NCBI GenBank assembly: GCA_973851085.1
Contig: OZ316775.1
Location: 18,352,001-18,416,000, forward strand
From: Ptychomitrium polyphyllum
Lineage: Eukaryota
Direction: 5' to 3'
DNA: 64,000 nt
The translations under genes and the position numbers were made by a program. Shown here piece after piece: positions 49,808-64,000 of the stretch. The notes below the pieces were generated by a model. The model did not search any database. It worked only from the letters and a program-made list of their open reading frames with translations, and was not told the origin of the DNA. How positions within the stretch are numbered: the first letter of the stretch is position 1; every line of letters starts with the position of its first letter.

Positions 49808-52373
49808 TCAATGCATGAGGACATAATAATCGTTTGAACCATCCAGTGTGTCTCGCTGGGGGTTATCGTCGAAGAAGCCCTGCGTTGACGTTGTATCTGA
49901 ATCTGTAGTCACATGATGAACTTTTTCATGCGCCTCAGCTGCCTGTTGAAACTTCTGAACAAACTCCTGGAGCTCCGCCTTCCGTGACATAACCTCCTCC
50001 TCTGTGGGTGGATTCTTAAGTCCAAGTCGTCGAATCCCAATTATAATCACAATTGTACCAAGGAGGAAAAGGCACGTGGAGAATATGGCAAACGCATGCG
50101 GGTTGCCACTCCCGCCCGGAATGCCATCCAGGTTGATACCGAACAGGCCCACAATGACCGAGAGCAGGAGCCCCCCGCCACCAATGACTGCTAAATTGTG
50201 TTGTACTCGGAGGCTCTTCTGCTGCAGCTTCTCTCGTGCATTGCTCTGCATTACATCTTGAACGGTGAACAAGCGGTCACGCACAGCCTCCTGCTCTTCA
50301 AGCATCTCTCGAGTCTGTTTGTCGACTTTGTCTAGAATTTTGAGAGCATCCGCGTCCTTTAGGTGTGTTATAAGCTCGTGAACGATTTCATGCCGTGCGT
50401 GGAGTGACCATTTAATTCGGATGACCTGGTAATCCCAAAAGGCAGCTCGTCAGATTAACATGCGAACTGCAAAGCGATGTCATGACGATCCACACTGTAC
50501 CAACAGGTGACTATGTTTCAAATGCAACACTTTCAAGTGTAAGCATTCCTACCATAGTGGCAAGATATCGTATTTCTCGGTTCAAAATTATGCTCAATAA
50601 TGCCAAGTCCTCATTCCCCTTCCTGCAAAAACATGTCGCATGTTCATAGATTTTTAAAAACAGTTGGATTGCTCTTTGAAATTGCAGATGCCAAATCTTC
50701 TGATCTCGTCTACCATGGAAGAAAGGATGAAGAAACTGTGACTACGATGTGACTATCTACGCATACCTATTGACGTACTTCAGCTCCACTTCGTCAGCTG
50801 CACCAAAATAGTGCTTCCGAGACATTCTGAAAAACCAAGAGTTCCTCTAGTTATATAGAAAGCATTCAACAGGGAAAAACACAAACAGAAAGTGTTAACA
50901 CATCAAGCGACATATGTACAGTTGGCTCATACCGGTCATCCCATCTTGCAAGGCGGCTGGCAAGCTGCGCTACGACCTCCTGTGCACATTTGGGAGCCTC
51001 TGGACCACCTGCACCCACCAAATCCTGGTACTCTTTGGCCTGTTAATTCAAGCTTATGTCAATCAAATCAAGTTTATTTAGTAATTCCTGATGTATCTTG
51101 GGTCACTTAACAGGCGACAAGAAAGACAATGAGAGGCACCTGAACTTCCATAACACCAAGAACATTCAGGTTGTTGATTACTCCTTTCACATGCATCGAT
51201 GTAATCAAGAAGTTTTGAGATTGCCACGAGCGCAAAATTACGGGTACGTCCTCTTCATCACGATTTGGATCCCCAATAGAATGGCCAGTGAGCTCAAACA
51301 ACAACCCTCCCGCAACTCGCACAGGTACCTGCAAAATCAGACCCCCATAATCCAAAAACTTCCTTAAGAACACACCGTGAACTAAGACAAACAAAACCAA
51401 GTGAAATCTGGTCGTGACTCCTTTAGTAAGCTCTACTAGTAGCTCACAAGACAAATGAAGACCCAAGGGTAATATCAATACCTCATAAAGAAGGTGCTTC
51501 ATGCGGTCACTAATAAGCCGCTTCTCATCCCTGAGGGCTACACTCACAGCTGGATGCAGCCAGGATGAATTCGCAAGCGTCGTCAGAATGTTCGGATGGC
51601 GAGCATCCACATGACACCAAAAAGTTGGTCCAGCTCGCTTCTGCCAATATGGTTGAGCCAACTCTGCAGCCGTAAGAGATTCGTCTTCGTCCGACAGCTC
51701 AGGCTCGCCATTGCACCACATAGGATCGCTCTGGCCACAACCGAAGCCACAGCTTCAGTAGAGAACGCGTACAACACATATTCTGATATAGACTAATATA
51801 GAACATGTCCATTCACCTAACAGCTGCTGAAATCTAGAAAAGAAGCAAAATGACAATGAGGATGTCCCAGACCTGCACTGCCTGGAAAAGCTCTGATAAC
51901 CGAGACCATCCTATTGGAACCCATTGGGGTCCAGGGTCCTTCTTTCGATTCCACCGATGATCCTGAGAGCCACGAGGAGATGAACCAGGAGATGAAATTG
52001 CCTTATCCTCATCTTTGTCCAAGCTCTCCCGCACAACAAACCCTTGCACTTCAGTGCTCAAGCTCCCTGAACTCTCAGCTGTGGAATCAGCAGGAAAATC
52101 CTCAGAAACCTCTCCAAATGAGTCATGAGAACGGTTCAAATCGATCCCCGCAGAATCACGAGGATTTTGAATGGAAATCTCGCAGTCGAGTCGCCCTTGC
52201 ACATGTCCATTCTGGTTGCCGAAATCAGCACCCACTTTGAAGTTCTTCATTGGTGCAGGAATAAATTCATACGCACATAACAATCCGTCCCGCCAGAGAT
52301 CCAAAGTCCCCGTGCTGTTCACTTTGTGAGAATGAAACATTGGCATCTCGGGCGAGTAGTCGTGCGAATCCAT
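49808..52373 (-). CDS. CorA/ZntB-like divalent cation transporter family protein
   Basis: Exons 52373-51873, 51730-51482, 51328-51140, 51024-50933, 50826-50767, 50622-50553, 50425-49808, GT-AG and in phase. DLWRDGLLCAYEF, WVPIGWSRL, PTFWCHVDA, VPVRVAGGLLFEL. Two C-terminal TMs with GLFGINLDGIPG. Confidence 0.92.
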
Positions 52374-55300
52374 GGGGTCTGTGAACTCCGCCGCACAGTA
52401 GTTAGCTCCCACAAAAGCTCGAAACCCTAACTCTGGAGATGATCACTGATATCAGAAACTTCAACGTGCGAATTGATCGGACGAAAACCAGGGCTTGTGT
52501 GAGGAGAATACAACATGAACCTGAACCTCAATTTCACCATTCGCAGGCTCGGTTTAAAAACGCAAATGAAAATCATTTGACCCAAATAAACACTCATACA
52601 GTCTGTGAACGACTGGAAAGAATCTTTGACACGCGGATTCCTGGTACTCCTTTCTCTAACTTCTGTAATACATATTGGTCAATCACTTAGCTCGTGGAGA
52701 ATCGCTATGTAGTCTACTGCTCGACATAACTACACAACAAAAATGCTGTTCATACTTCGGAAAAGAAAACCCTGTCTCTTGACAAAACACGGTATCCAAA
52801 TCATGGCAAAATGCTGAAGAACTCGGTTTGTCCATTTCTCAGAAGAACCCGCTTCGAAATTTGTGGGAGAAATTGCACTATGATGGAGCGAAGTAGAGGT
52901 TTTCGAATTTTCTCCAAACAGCGGAGAAAACGAAATCCTCATCACTCGTCGTACGCTCGTGAGACTCAAACCCTATCTTACTGAAACTACAATCATGTGA
53001 AGAGCAGAGCACACAATACCCTAACCTCGCATCACGCAAACCCGCAATAATCACCACCCACACACTTGAAACTAGGACAAAAATGAAAATCTTGCCCACC
53101 TCCAGCCCACCTCTTGCTCCGCACTTGCAAACACCGGCATCAGACTCCACAAACCCCAAGCTGTTACACTGAGTCCACCACGCAGACGAATCATCCCCTC
53201 GCCATTGCACCACATGCAATGCTCGGCACTGTCCACAATCAACACAACTTCGCTCTAGACTTCAGAAGACAAACCACCACCGGAGCAAGTCAAGTGTGCA
53301 GATAACTCAGATGGCAGCAAAAGTTGCACCTTGGATCCCTACGTCTCTACCGAACATTGCAAGTTGCAGAATTGCGAGTGACCACCATAACATTCTTCGG
53401 TGACTCCTCTGAACACTCCAAGGAACAGTTCTATCATTCGAAACTGCAACTCCATTACCAAAACTTGTTCCGCTGAAGTGTGGAGGTTGATAGAGTTTGT
53501 GTGCAGAGTCACCAACCAAGACTCATGCTTTCACCGCCACATGCACTCATTATAATAATATACTATTGATTTCCCACTTTCGAAGTTGACAATGAGTTGC
53601 TTCACGATTCTGCCAAAGAACTGGATCTTTGTTATGGCCCTTGACACACAATTCGAAAACACAAAGAAATGGAAAACTCACGAAGTACCTCCACGGTGGG
53701 GACTCTAGTGAACTTTCTGACTTAGAGTTTCAGATATACTGTAGACTCCAACTGAGGGCGACACGTGTCAAAGCGACACAGCTCGGTGACATGACCGTGT
53801 GGATACCGGAGCCACAGAGGTGGTCTGTCGAAGATAATCCTTGAAACGAAAGATTAAAGAATGGAAAATTATGAAGATAAAAGACTAACGACAAAAACAA
53901 AACAAAGCCGCAGCTTGCTATTTCGAGCCACTTTGGACGTTTTATAATTTCGGAAAATAAACTGTTGGAAAGTGGCTTATTTTTCAATTGTTGGAAAGAT
54001 TATATTAGATTTTGTATGTGAGTTTTCTGTAAAGGTGTATAGGAGAGTAAACATAGTCAGGATGATTGTTCATATATTAGAGTTACTTATGAAATTCTCT
54101 TTAAAGTGTATTTTGATGAACCATTAAAAAAGCTTCTCTACTATCCGGGTGTGGTTGGAGAACCTCAAATTTTGGGCCTCTTCTAAACTAGCAAACTTCA
54201 AAACTAGCGAAACTTCCCCAAGCCAACCCTTTGAAATAGGTTGAACTTAAGGTAAGTGGCTTGCACTGGACACAAGCTCCAAATCTCAACTTGGTGGTAA
54301 TGTCTGGCTCTTGTGACTACTACAGGTTATTTAGTTTACATCTTATGATGATACTCACAAACCTTCTGCGCTTCCATGACCATCAGAGATCATTCCCATA
54401 CCTTGATCCTTTTTTTAACCGTCTGTTTTTGTACATCCATGTATCTCTCAATCGTCGACTGCGATAATGTCCAAAGACTAAATTTGGGTCGACTTCGCAT
54501 CTCCATCGACTGCTCTTGACACTCTCCTCACAAAATGGCGCTCACTTCTTGAGTAGCCTAACTTCCCTTGAGCTCGCGGATGGCGTTCGGAACCGGGGGC
54601 TAGGCCAGACAAGTATCGGCTAATCGCACTCTCGCTATCCAGCTGGTCAATCTCCTGCATAGCATTCACAAAAAATAGGAAGGCTTGCTCGCCCTCCTGC
54701 AAACAACAATCATTCTGATTTCGCTCTTCCTCGAATTTTCGTGGTAAAGAAATATCCAAAAGTACGGTTTCCTCCAAGCAGTCATTATAGTTAGCAGGTT
54801 GTATATTATACATAGACAATCTCTGATCAGGCTGGCACATGTTTTCTGGGCGGTACGGTTGCTTCAACTGTCTTCTCCCCGACTTTTCTTGTGGCCTGCA
54901 TCCCTGCACACATTAACCAAATCAACAGAAAAGAAGCTTGCATTTTTTAATTGAACGAAAAAGATAGCTTGATATTGGTGATGTGCATTGAATAATATTG
55001 CTGCAATTCTATACCACGTTACTCTGCATGCAAGGATCTGCAAAATTTCTAATTTTTTCTACACCGCAACCTTGATCAAAACGATTTTCCTCAACTCCTC
55101 GACCTGCGCGGTGAAGTGTCTGGATTTTCCGGGTACCTTTGCTACTTTCTGGTTGGAGCCATCTGGTTCAGGTTGTACGACTTCGGGACGCATTGTGGTT
55201 GGTTGCACCTGCACACCAGCCTTTACAGGCATCCTGTCATCTCCAGCACCCAAATTCACTCCACTTCTATTCGTCCCAACATCCTTCTCGCCTCATCGAC

Positions 55301-56591
55301 AAAATTTCGGTTGTACTTTTACGTCGGAAGATCAAGCAGGAAGTGCAACAAGAGACCAACCTTATCCGAGCCAACCAATTGCCTGTAAGGCAGGTCATGG
55401 CAACTGTATGGATTTGAGTTATGTGCAAGTATAGCAATGAATGCAGGCAGCTGCAGAAAATATATATCAAGTTCGACATACATAAACCGATACAGTTGTC
55501 AAGGTGGGACTCAGGAAACAACCAGCCCACAATTAGAAGCACAAATCGTTGAAAAGCAAATTGGCTGATATATTTTCCTAAAATAGTAGCTTCAACTCGC
55601 AAGTCACAGTTTCGGATTGCGAATATAAGTGCTAAAGTCAAGCACCAAGCACATAATAACCACATAGAAATTGCAATGCAAGGAACTCTTGTAACTAAAA
55701 GACTATCCGGAGTACTGGAGTGTGGTAAGACTTCCTCAAATGCACATATATCAATAAAGGTAGATCATGTTCGTGGAGGGAACAAAAGCAGAAGATTGTG
55801 GACGAAAAGAAGTCGCCCAGTACAAGTAGTGTACACCTACCATTAGGTACCATAAAGCCAATTATGCTTAACTCAACATAGAATTTGGAATATATAAGAT
55901 ATAATTCTGTGCTGAGGTACACTGCAAACGAGAATAGAGGATACTGCTGAACACCCAGCTAACGAGGCCATGATAGAATGGTAAAGGTTACAGGCGCGAC
56001 CACATTTGTTTACCAGTTTAATATCGTATGCTTCAAGAATACGTTCAATAACTAGGAAACTTCACCGGCACTAAAAATCGCACCTATTGGTTGCCTTACA
56101 CCCCAATGAAACATCGCCCCAACGAAAATCATCGTCCACAAAACAGTCAGCAGAATTCATATGTGCCAAAGATGTCAAAGGATAAAAAGGCCATCCTAGT
56201 TCTGATTTCACCAACTGCCTACCAACTCTAATTACCATCTTGTCACATACCAATAGAAGTACCAATATCCAAATTATCCAAGGTGTAGTAGTACATACTA
56301 TCTGAACATTTGGCCTTCTTAGATGCCCACCCCGGCAGTTCACAAACAATCTCAGGAAAAACATGTTTCCAACAACATTAAAACATACAAGATTGCACTA
56401 CACTTCATATCACAGGCAACAAAAAACCAGAGCATAATTGTGTCGTATAGATAACCAATCACCAACAGGACAATAATACACGTCCCGATAACCTAGGTGT
56501 AAACATGAACCAAGTTCACACTCTAATAATTTAAAACTTGATTCTTTAGATTGAGTATGAAAATTACAAGATAAAAACCATCCATCGTAAG

Positions 56592-57450
<859 letters not shown>

Positions 57451-57763
57451 GGCTACGGGAAGAGCAAACTCTAGGGTAGTGGGAGCACGGAGGGCGATGG
57501 CGACGACGCACTTGGGTTGCTGTGAAAGAGAGTGTCTTCGTCTCCGCAGCTCTCTCACAACCTCCCTACTTGCCCTAACAGATGAACATCATCCAGGTCA
57601 GACCTTTACTGTGCGTCCGTAGCCCCTTTTAGATGAAGCCCCACAAATACGTCCATCGTTCCCCCGGGCTCTGCAATTGGCCAAGCCCCGTAGGATTCTT
57701 CAATGATTCCTTTCAGCACACCTCTCTCGAAGGCATGGTCTCATCACCAAAACGTACAATTCT

Positions 57764-57926
57764 ACCCATGCATGTAATTCCACTCATGTGTATAATCCCA
57801 TCCATGTGTATAATCCCATCCATGTGTATAATCCCACCTATGCAAATAATCCTATCCATGCATATAATCCCACCTATGAATATGATCTTATCCATGCATG
57901 TAATTCCACGCACACATGCAATTCCA
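57764..57926. repeat. 18-bp minisatellite (CCATGTGTATAATCCCAT consensus), about 9 diverged units
   Basis: Visible periodicity; explains the MCIIPS-repeat ORFs. Confidence 0.9.
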
Positions 57927-59879
57927 TTAGCACTTATATTTCCATTGCGCTTATACTTCAGTTGTCAAAAGAAAAAATTATTAAAAATAATTACTAGCTA
58001 GAATTTGCATGCAGTTTATATTCTAGCCAAATAAAAAGAAAAATTTCCTAATAAAGTTGGACTTTTAAAAAAAAAATCAAGACAAAGTTTTTAAAAATTA
58101 CTATTTAAGGTAAGAACTAAAATAAACAACCAAGACAAAATAATAGACAACTGGTTGATTATATTTAATATGAAATTTTGGACAAAGATATCAAATGACT
58201 TCTTATACCTTACATTATAGATTGAAGAATTTTGTTGACTAAATCAATAAACTAAACTCATGCCTTCATGCATTTATAATTACATGGCTTTTGTAACAAT
58301 ATTATTGATTTGTTTTTTATGCTAATAGAATTCTTGAATTAGAAAAAGAATGTTATGATGTTTTTTTATGAATATGACTTGATGAAGAATTCTCTAATTA
58401 TATGGAAATAATCATATGTTTTTTCTATTTTTAATAGCCTTTCATTCAAATTAAGCTATATGCAACAATCTACAACAATAATTATATTTTAAGAATTATT
58501 CTTTGGAAATTTAGTTTTTCTTTTTTAATTCTTTAAAGTTTCAAATGAATTCCTTAAATGTTAATTGAATTTAGTTAAATAAATTTTTTATATAAACTTG
58601 GTATTAATTAGCCATATACTAAAGCACTACTAATAAGGTGAAGGAATCCACTTGAAGGAATTTAAGGCTTGTGAGCAAGTAAATAAAGCACCTACAAAGT
58701 TGCATCCTACTATTGCCTAATTCAAAACTTGTAGAATTTAATTATATAAGAAAGCAGATTTTATGAATAATATTTTTAATTTTCTACAAAATATAGACTA
58801 TATAATCAATTCAAATCTTTGCATAAAGTTAAAAGATTATAATTGTATACAACTCATGTCATCTTATTTGCTAAATTTTCTTCAATTAGAAGTAATGTTG
58901 TATGTATGTATCTTAAATTAGAACCTTATTTTCAAATATCTTTATATTATAAAGAAATAAAAAGATATTTGAACCTGTAAACTTTTACATTCAAATATTT
59001 GCTAAGTTAATTCTATAACATATATATTGAAATGACATTTTAAAAATTGGAATTTAAAAAAAATTATTTAGCTTGAGATTTATCATTAAAAATGAAATGA
59101 CTATATAACTATTGAATGTAATCATTACAATGAAGGCATGACCTTACTTACATATAATTAAAATGAATTCTTGACATACAATTATTATAAAATCTTTACT
59201 TGGCATTAATATGATATGATTTTTGTTGTTAACAATTTCCATCACAAAAGATTTATTAAAGCAATATATGAAAGTGTCAAGAATTAGTAACAACTAATTA
59301 TTAAATGCAATTTCATTTCAAAATATATGTAATGATGAATTTTTTTTTTATTAAATTGAATATAGAATGTAAGAAATGTTTCGAAAGCACAAATTTCAAA
59401 ATTAGTCAATTAGTTGAATTTCGTATTCAAATTACAAGTTAAATAGCTAAAAGAAAAATAATTAAGAATTGAATTTTTTAATTGTGAACTTCATAATATC
59501 ATCAAAAATACTTGATACTTTAAAAATCATTATACATTAAGGATTAAGATTGTTTGCAATTTAATATAAATAAAAGTGTCCATAAAATAATTATATTTTA
59601 AGACTTTCAACTTAAGACCTAAACTTTATTCTCCCATACATTACAAAACATAAAATCAAGCTTCATTTACCAAATACAAACTTAAACAACTATAAACAAG
59701 ATATTCCTATTTTATCTTAAGATATAAATATATCCTAAATCATAAATCAACAACAATGTTCATATAATATAAAGATGATGAAAATGTGAACTAAATTATT
59801 TCTTTTTGCATTACAAAACTCAAATCAATGGTTTTATTGAACTTTTAGTAATATAATCAAAATTTGACTATAAAACAGC

Positions 59880-60016
59880 TTTGACTTGCCTCCTCAAAAG
59901 CTTTTTAAGCCAATATAATTTCCTTGGAAGCTTCCTAAGTCCAGGTTACTTCTTTAGAAGCTTTCTAAACCTTCTAAGAACTTTTCAAGATGCTTCTAAT
60001 ATGTTTGTCCTTGACA
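59880..60016 (-). mobile_element. LTR fragment of the second Gypsy family
   Basis: Minus strand starts TGTCAAGGACAAACATATTAGAAGCATC, similar to 19090 and 48467. Confidence 0.6.
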
Positions 60017-60669
60017 ATAATAATATTTACACATCCAAATCAAGACTTAGGATCTTATATCAAATAGAATCATAAGCTATTCAAGTAAACATAATATGTA
60101 ACATCTTCAAAGACATTGTCTTTAGAATGCTAACATAATAGTACTCCTACTATATTTAGTATGCTAAACCTATTAGTGTTCTCCCTTTTAGTACAAAGCA
60201 AAAATCTTACTGCTGTCCAAAATGCTAGAGCATGTGAATATCAGTGACTACTGATACATGGTTAGGTTGTCAAATATAACCAATCCCTTCTAAACCAATA
60301 TCAGTAACCAATCACACTCTGAAGAATTGGCTACATTGGCATAATCTGTGCTTCCAGAGCAACTAAAGTTTGCTCCCTAGGATTTAGGAGAAATCATCAT
60401 CATTGTGTAATTTGAGAAGGGACAACGAGCCATTGGAGTTGTTCATAAACCTGCATTTAAGCCCTGGGAAATCTCTGTTTCCACCTTCTTGGCACAACGG
60501 TAAAGCCATTCCTTACAACTCCACTGAATGCTCTCTTGGCCAGCCAACTTCATATAGGCTATGTCTGTATGTTCGTTCATCTGGAAGTAATTCATGGATC
60601 TTCTTGTTCTTGTTTGCAAAGCTGGACGACTCATGATGATTCTCTACATGTTACATGATTCCTTTTTAG

Positions 60670-63600
60670 GATTGATGCGCTGTTGTTCATTGACAAGACT
60701 TTGGCACTGCAGCCTCTGGATGCGCACGTGGACCCCAAGGAGACTGAAGAGTCTTACCCCATTTGGTGTTTAAGAGGCTATGATGAAACCTGCTGAACCA
60801 GCTCCTCACCAACTAGTCAATATTCAAGTACCATTCCCTCCAGTCTCAGTTGATCCACATTAACTGAGACTAATTAAGGTTGTCCCCCCACCGCTTTTCG
60901 CCTATTTCTGTGATGTAGAAGGTGATGCTGGGCCATGTTGCTCACCAACTTGCAGGCTCTAGTACTACTGCAGTGTGTATGGAAACACAGTGTGTGAGAA
61001 GAAAGAGTTTATTCTGTGTTGGCGCACTCAAATGACTTAAGTGAGAGCCTCAAAGGTGACCTTTTTTCATGTTTGTCAGATGGAACTCTCAACCAACAGA
61101 GATTTCCAAATATCTGCGGCTGTGAAGAATCTACTGAAATTATGCTGATAGAATACATGAACAGAATCACATTCATACTATGGCTCGTTTACAATTGTGC
61201 GTTCATCACCATTGCGATTCTGCAAGTCTGATGACAGTTGGAGCGAATCGACGAAATTACATGTGGCCGGTGAGTACACCCATCAATTGATAGGCCTTGC
61301 CATTGTCGCCGACGTTCTTGCCAAGTCTGTTCCAACCGCAAGTCGATGATCACTGATATTATAGCAACAAAGCTTGGCGCGTAATTGACCCAGAGGTACA
61401 TGAATAAGTTTGGGTGGATGCCAACTGGGAGAATCTAGATTGGGAGGCTGAATATCTGAGATTTAGGCTCTATCACGAAGAAAGACGAGAGGACAATGTA
61501 GTAGAGGTTGCAAACCCTCAGGTTCCTTTTAAGAAGATATAACTCAGGATTAACGCCTGCTTGCGTTTTAGATGAAGTTGAGTTGAGGTGCATCACAAAC
61601 CAGGATCAACGTATGTTATTGAGATGCACGTGTAACATTAATCCCTTACACTTTGGAGAGTACTGTTTATTGTTTGCATTCTATGCACTCACGTAGAACG
61701 ACTCATGAGTGCTGGCTTCCTACTGCAAAATCTTCAAAGACCTTCTTGTAGATATTTGACCTCTTTCCGATGAACACGGATATGCGGATAGAATTGATAT
61801 TTGTTGAGAAAGCTTGGTGGAACAGGGATCGGGGTGCTTGACGTAGTTCTTGTGTGCAACTGCAGAGCTACATATGCCGCAATTTGTTTCTTCCCAGAAC
61901 TTGTGTGATTCATTGTACAGAAAGTTGAAAATTTGCAGTACGTTGAAAAATCACCACCTTTCATGAAACGCCGAGAATGGTAAGACATAAGTGTAAGAAA
62001 CAGCCCTGTTGACTTCGTAATCTGGCCAGAGTACAAGTGACGTTATCGAGGTTAAAAAGATATAGACACACCCACAATGATACCACCACTCCGAACTTTG
62101 TTGAGGTGCTGTTGACCAAAATCGCCTAAAGCATCTTTGTCACTCAAGCCTAGAATCTCTGGTGGTGATTAGAATAAGTGGTAGATGTGAATTCGATTGC
62201 TCAAAAAAAGGAGGAAAATGGTGGGTCACTTTAGCTTCAAAGACTGCCCTCTTGGAGGCGACTTCTGCCGCCTTGTGGTTGCTTGAATCTTTGTCCTTGT
62301 GTTAACACAAGTGTCCATCACTTTTGAACTTTGCAGATGGCTAACATTCCGGTAACGTCAGGAGCTTTCTACAATACCTCTCAGAAGCATCTAGAGGGAT
62401 CTATCCATTGACATCAAAGAGGACATTTCACATGCTCCTTCTCTTAGATTAGGATGCTTCACGGGTGTGAAGTTGACTAGGGTAAGTTTTGATTAGAGTG
62501 GCAGACACTCTTGCAGTGAGCCGGACAGTCCTTTGCTGTAGGCAGTACAGCAGAGGACCTCAATGTAGGCAGTACCTTGCTGTAGAAGAGAGACTGACTC
62601 TCTTGGTAGCTTGGGATATGGGTCACCTAAACACACTCAAGATGCATACACCAAGATACGGAAGAAAGCAGTTTAAGATGAACCTTGATGCATGTCAGTT
62701 GATTGCAGAGCTCGGTGGTGCACAGCGCGTGCTGGGGTGTTGCAGCTGGTAATTGGATTAACATGGTGGTAAGTACGCATCCAAGTCATTTCTCCATTTC
62801 TTGGAGCTCCTGCAGTGATCAATGTTTTCAAGATCAACTCGAGGTTAGGATGCACTTTCATTCTTGTTGTGTATAAAGATTTTGGTGGCTTCTTTGTTAA
62901 AGAACAAACTGGACTTCTTGGTAACTCGGCCAGCGCCAGAGTTCAGAGGACAATTCGCTGTTTGTGTGTCGTTGGAGATTCTTGAAGCGTGACGGAAGGA
63001 ATTCCCCTTCATGTCAATCTCTGCATGAACTACTTAGCACAGAAATTGCTGTTAACTATTCATATAGCAATGCCATCTTTTGTTCACTATTACAGTTACG
63101 TGAACTGGTGAGATATGTGATTCCTGATATGAATCCCTGCAAACATAAATTCTGACAAAAACATTACTTTTTGCAGCTGCTCAGAGCAACCATGGAGCAG
63201 CAAGAAACAATTATAGCGTATGCAAGACAGTTCCATTCTCAGCAGCGAAAATTCGGTGGCCTCAACCTGACGAGTATGTAGCTATAGCTTCTCGAGCTCA
63301 AAGCGGTACATCAAAACAGAGTTCCGGCTTTGTAACCCGTTTGAGTAGATTACAAGTGGTTCAGTTTTTGAATAGCCATTCAGTTTCTGACTTTCCCTCA
63401 GCTCCGTCTAACAAAACTAATCCTCCTCTGAACCTCCTATCAACCCAAGTCAATACCCTCAGTCATACAATCAAGACACTAGTCATGCACCCTAACTTGG
63501 TGTACACTCTCAAATCGATACTGTCTCCGCACATCTCAGCAGCATTTGAGAACATAGGCACTTCAGAAGACAGCAGGCGTGCACAATCTGATAACTCTCA

Positions 63601-63730
63601 GCCATCAGAGCTGGCCGAGACGCAAGGGTCCGAGCAAAGGAACAGTACTCTCAGGTTAACGCAGTGTAGTGGAAAAGTTTCACCTGAAAGCAGCGCTTCA
63701 CGACCAAGCTGTGACGGAAGTCTTCAGTAG
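60670..63730 (+). pseudogene. Possible decayed multi-exon gene of unknown identity
   Basis: Protein-like segments, several bounded by AG/GT, interrupted by stops (e.g. 61228-61506 ...WRVIDPEVHE*VWVDANWENLDWEAEYLRFRL; 63178- LLRATMEQQETIIAYARQFH). Family not recognised. Confidence 0.3.
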
Positions 63731-64000
63731 GTCTCGTCACATTTTTTATTTTTTTCAATTCTCTATTGCCATAGAAAGAGATGATGTCTGCTGGTTCGAA
63801 ATGCAGAGTTGCTGAAGTATGAGATATTGTTGCAATAGGTTGCCGTAGTCATTCCAGTGGACTTGATTCAGAACAGATGGCCATACCAGTGCGCATTCAC
63901 GGGGTGCCAGAGGACGTTCAAGAACCCGCAGACGATGAGAATGCACCACAAGACACACTTCGGTGGAGCGGAAGCGGCATTCCACGCCGGTATTTCATCC

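Noticed and set aside
57633..58001. Repetitive-peptide ORFs
   Set aside because: Product of the 18-bp minisatellite; no splice or codon support.

Overview
Eukaryotic plant genomic DNA with GT-AG spliced genes. Gene style and repeat content point to a moss, probably Physcomitrium-like (inference). Apparently intact genes: a GT14/GlcAT14-like glycosyltransferase (-), an intronless LEA_2/NHL gene (+), a C2-domain protein with a Pro/Tyr-rich tail (+), a CorA-like transporter (-) and RPL22 (-). The window also holds the 3' part of a multi-pass membrane protein gene with an unexplained frame change. Pseudogenes: PLPBP/YggS, an L-type lectin receptor kinase, a small unknown gene and a possible unidentified remnant near the right end. 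Two islands of nested Ty3/Gypsy chromoviruses lie at ~7-19.4 kb and ~36-48.5 kb. The first includes a 7.76-kb element with apparently identical 1145-bp LTRs and a CATGT target duplication but a broken pol. Both islands carry decayed copies of a Tcn1-like family that has no tRNA PBS, shows an 11-nt Tf1-style self-priming complement, and has heat-shock-element-like arrays in U3. I see no evidence for a wholly new biological system; the most interesting signals concern retroelement biology.
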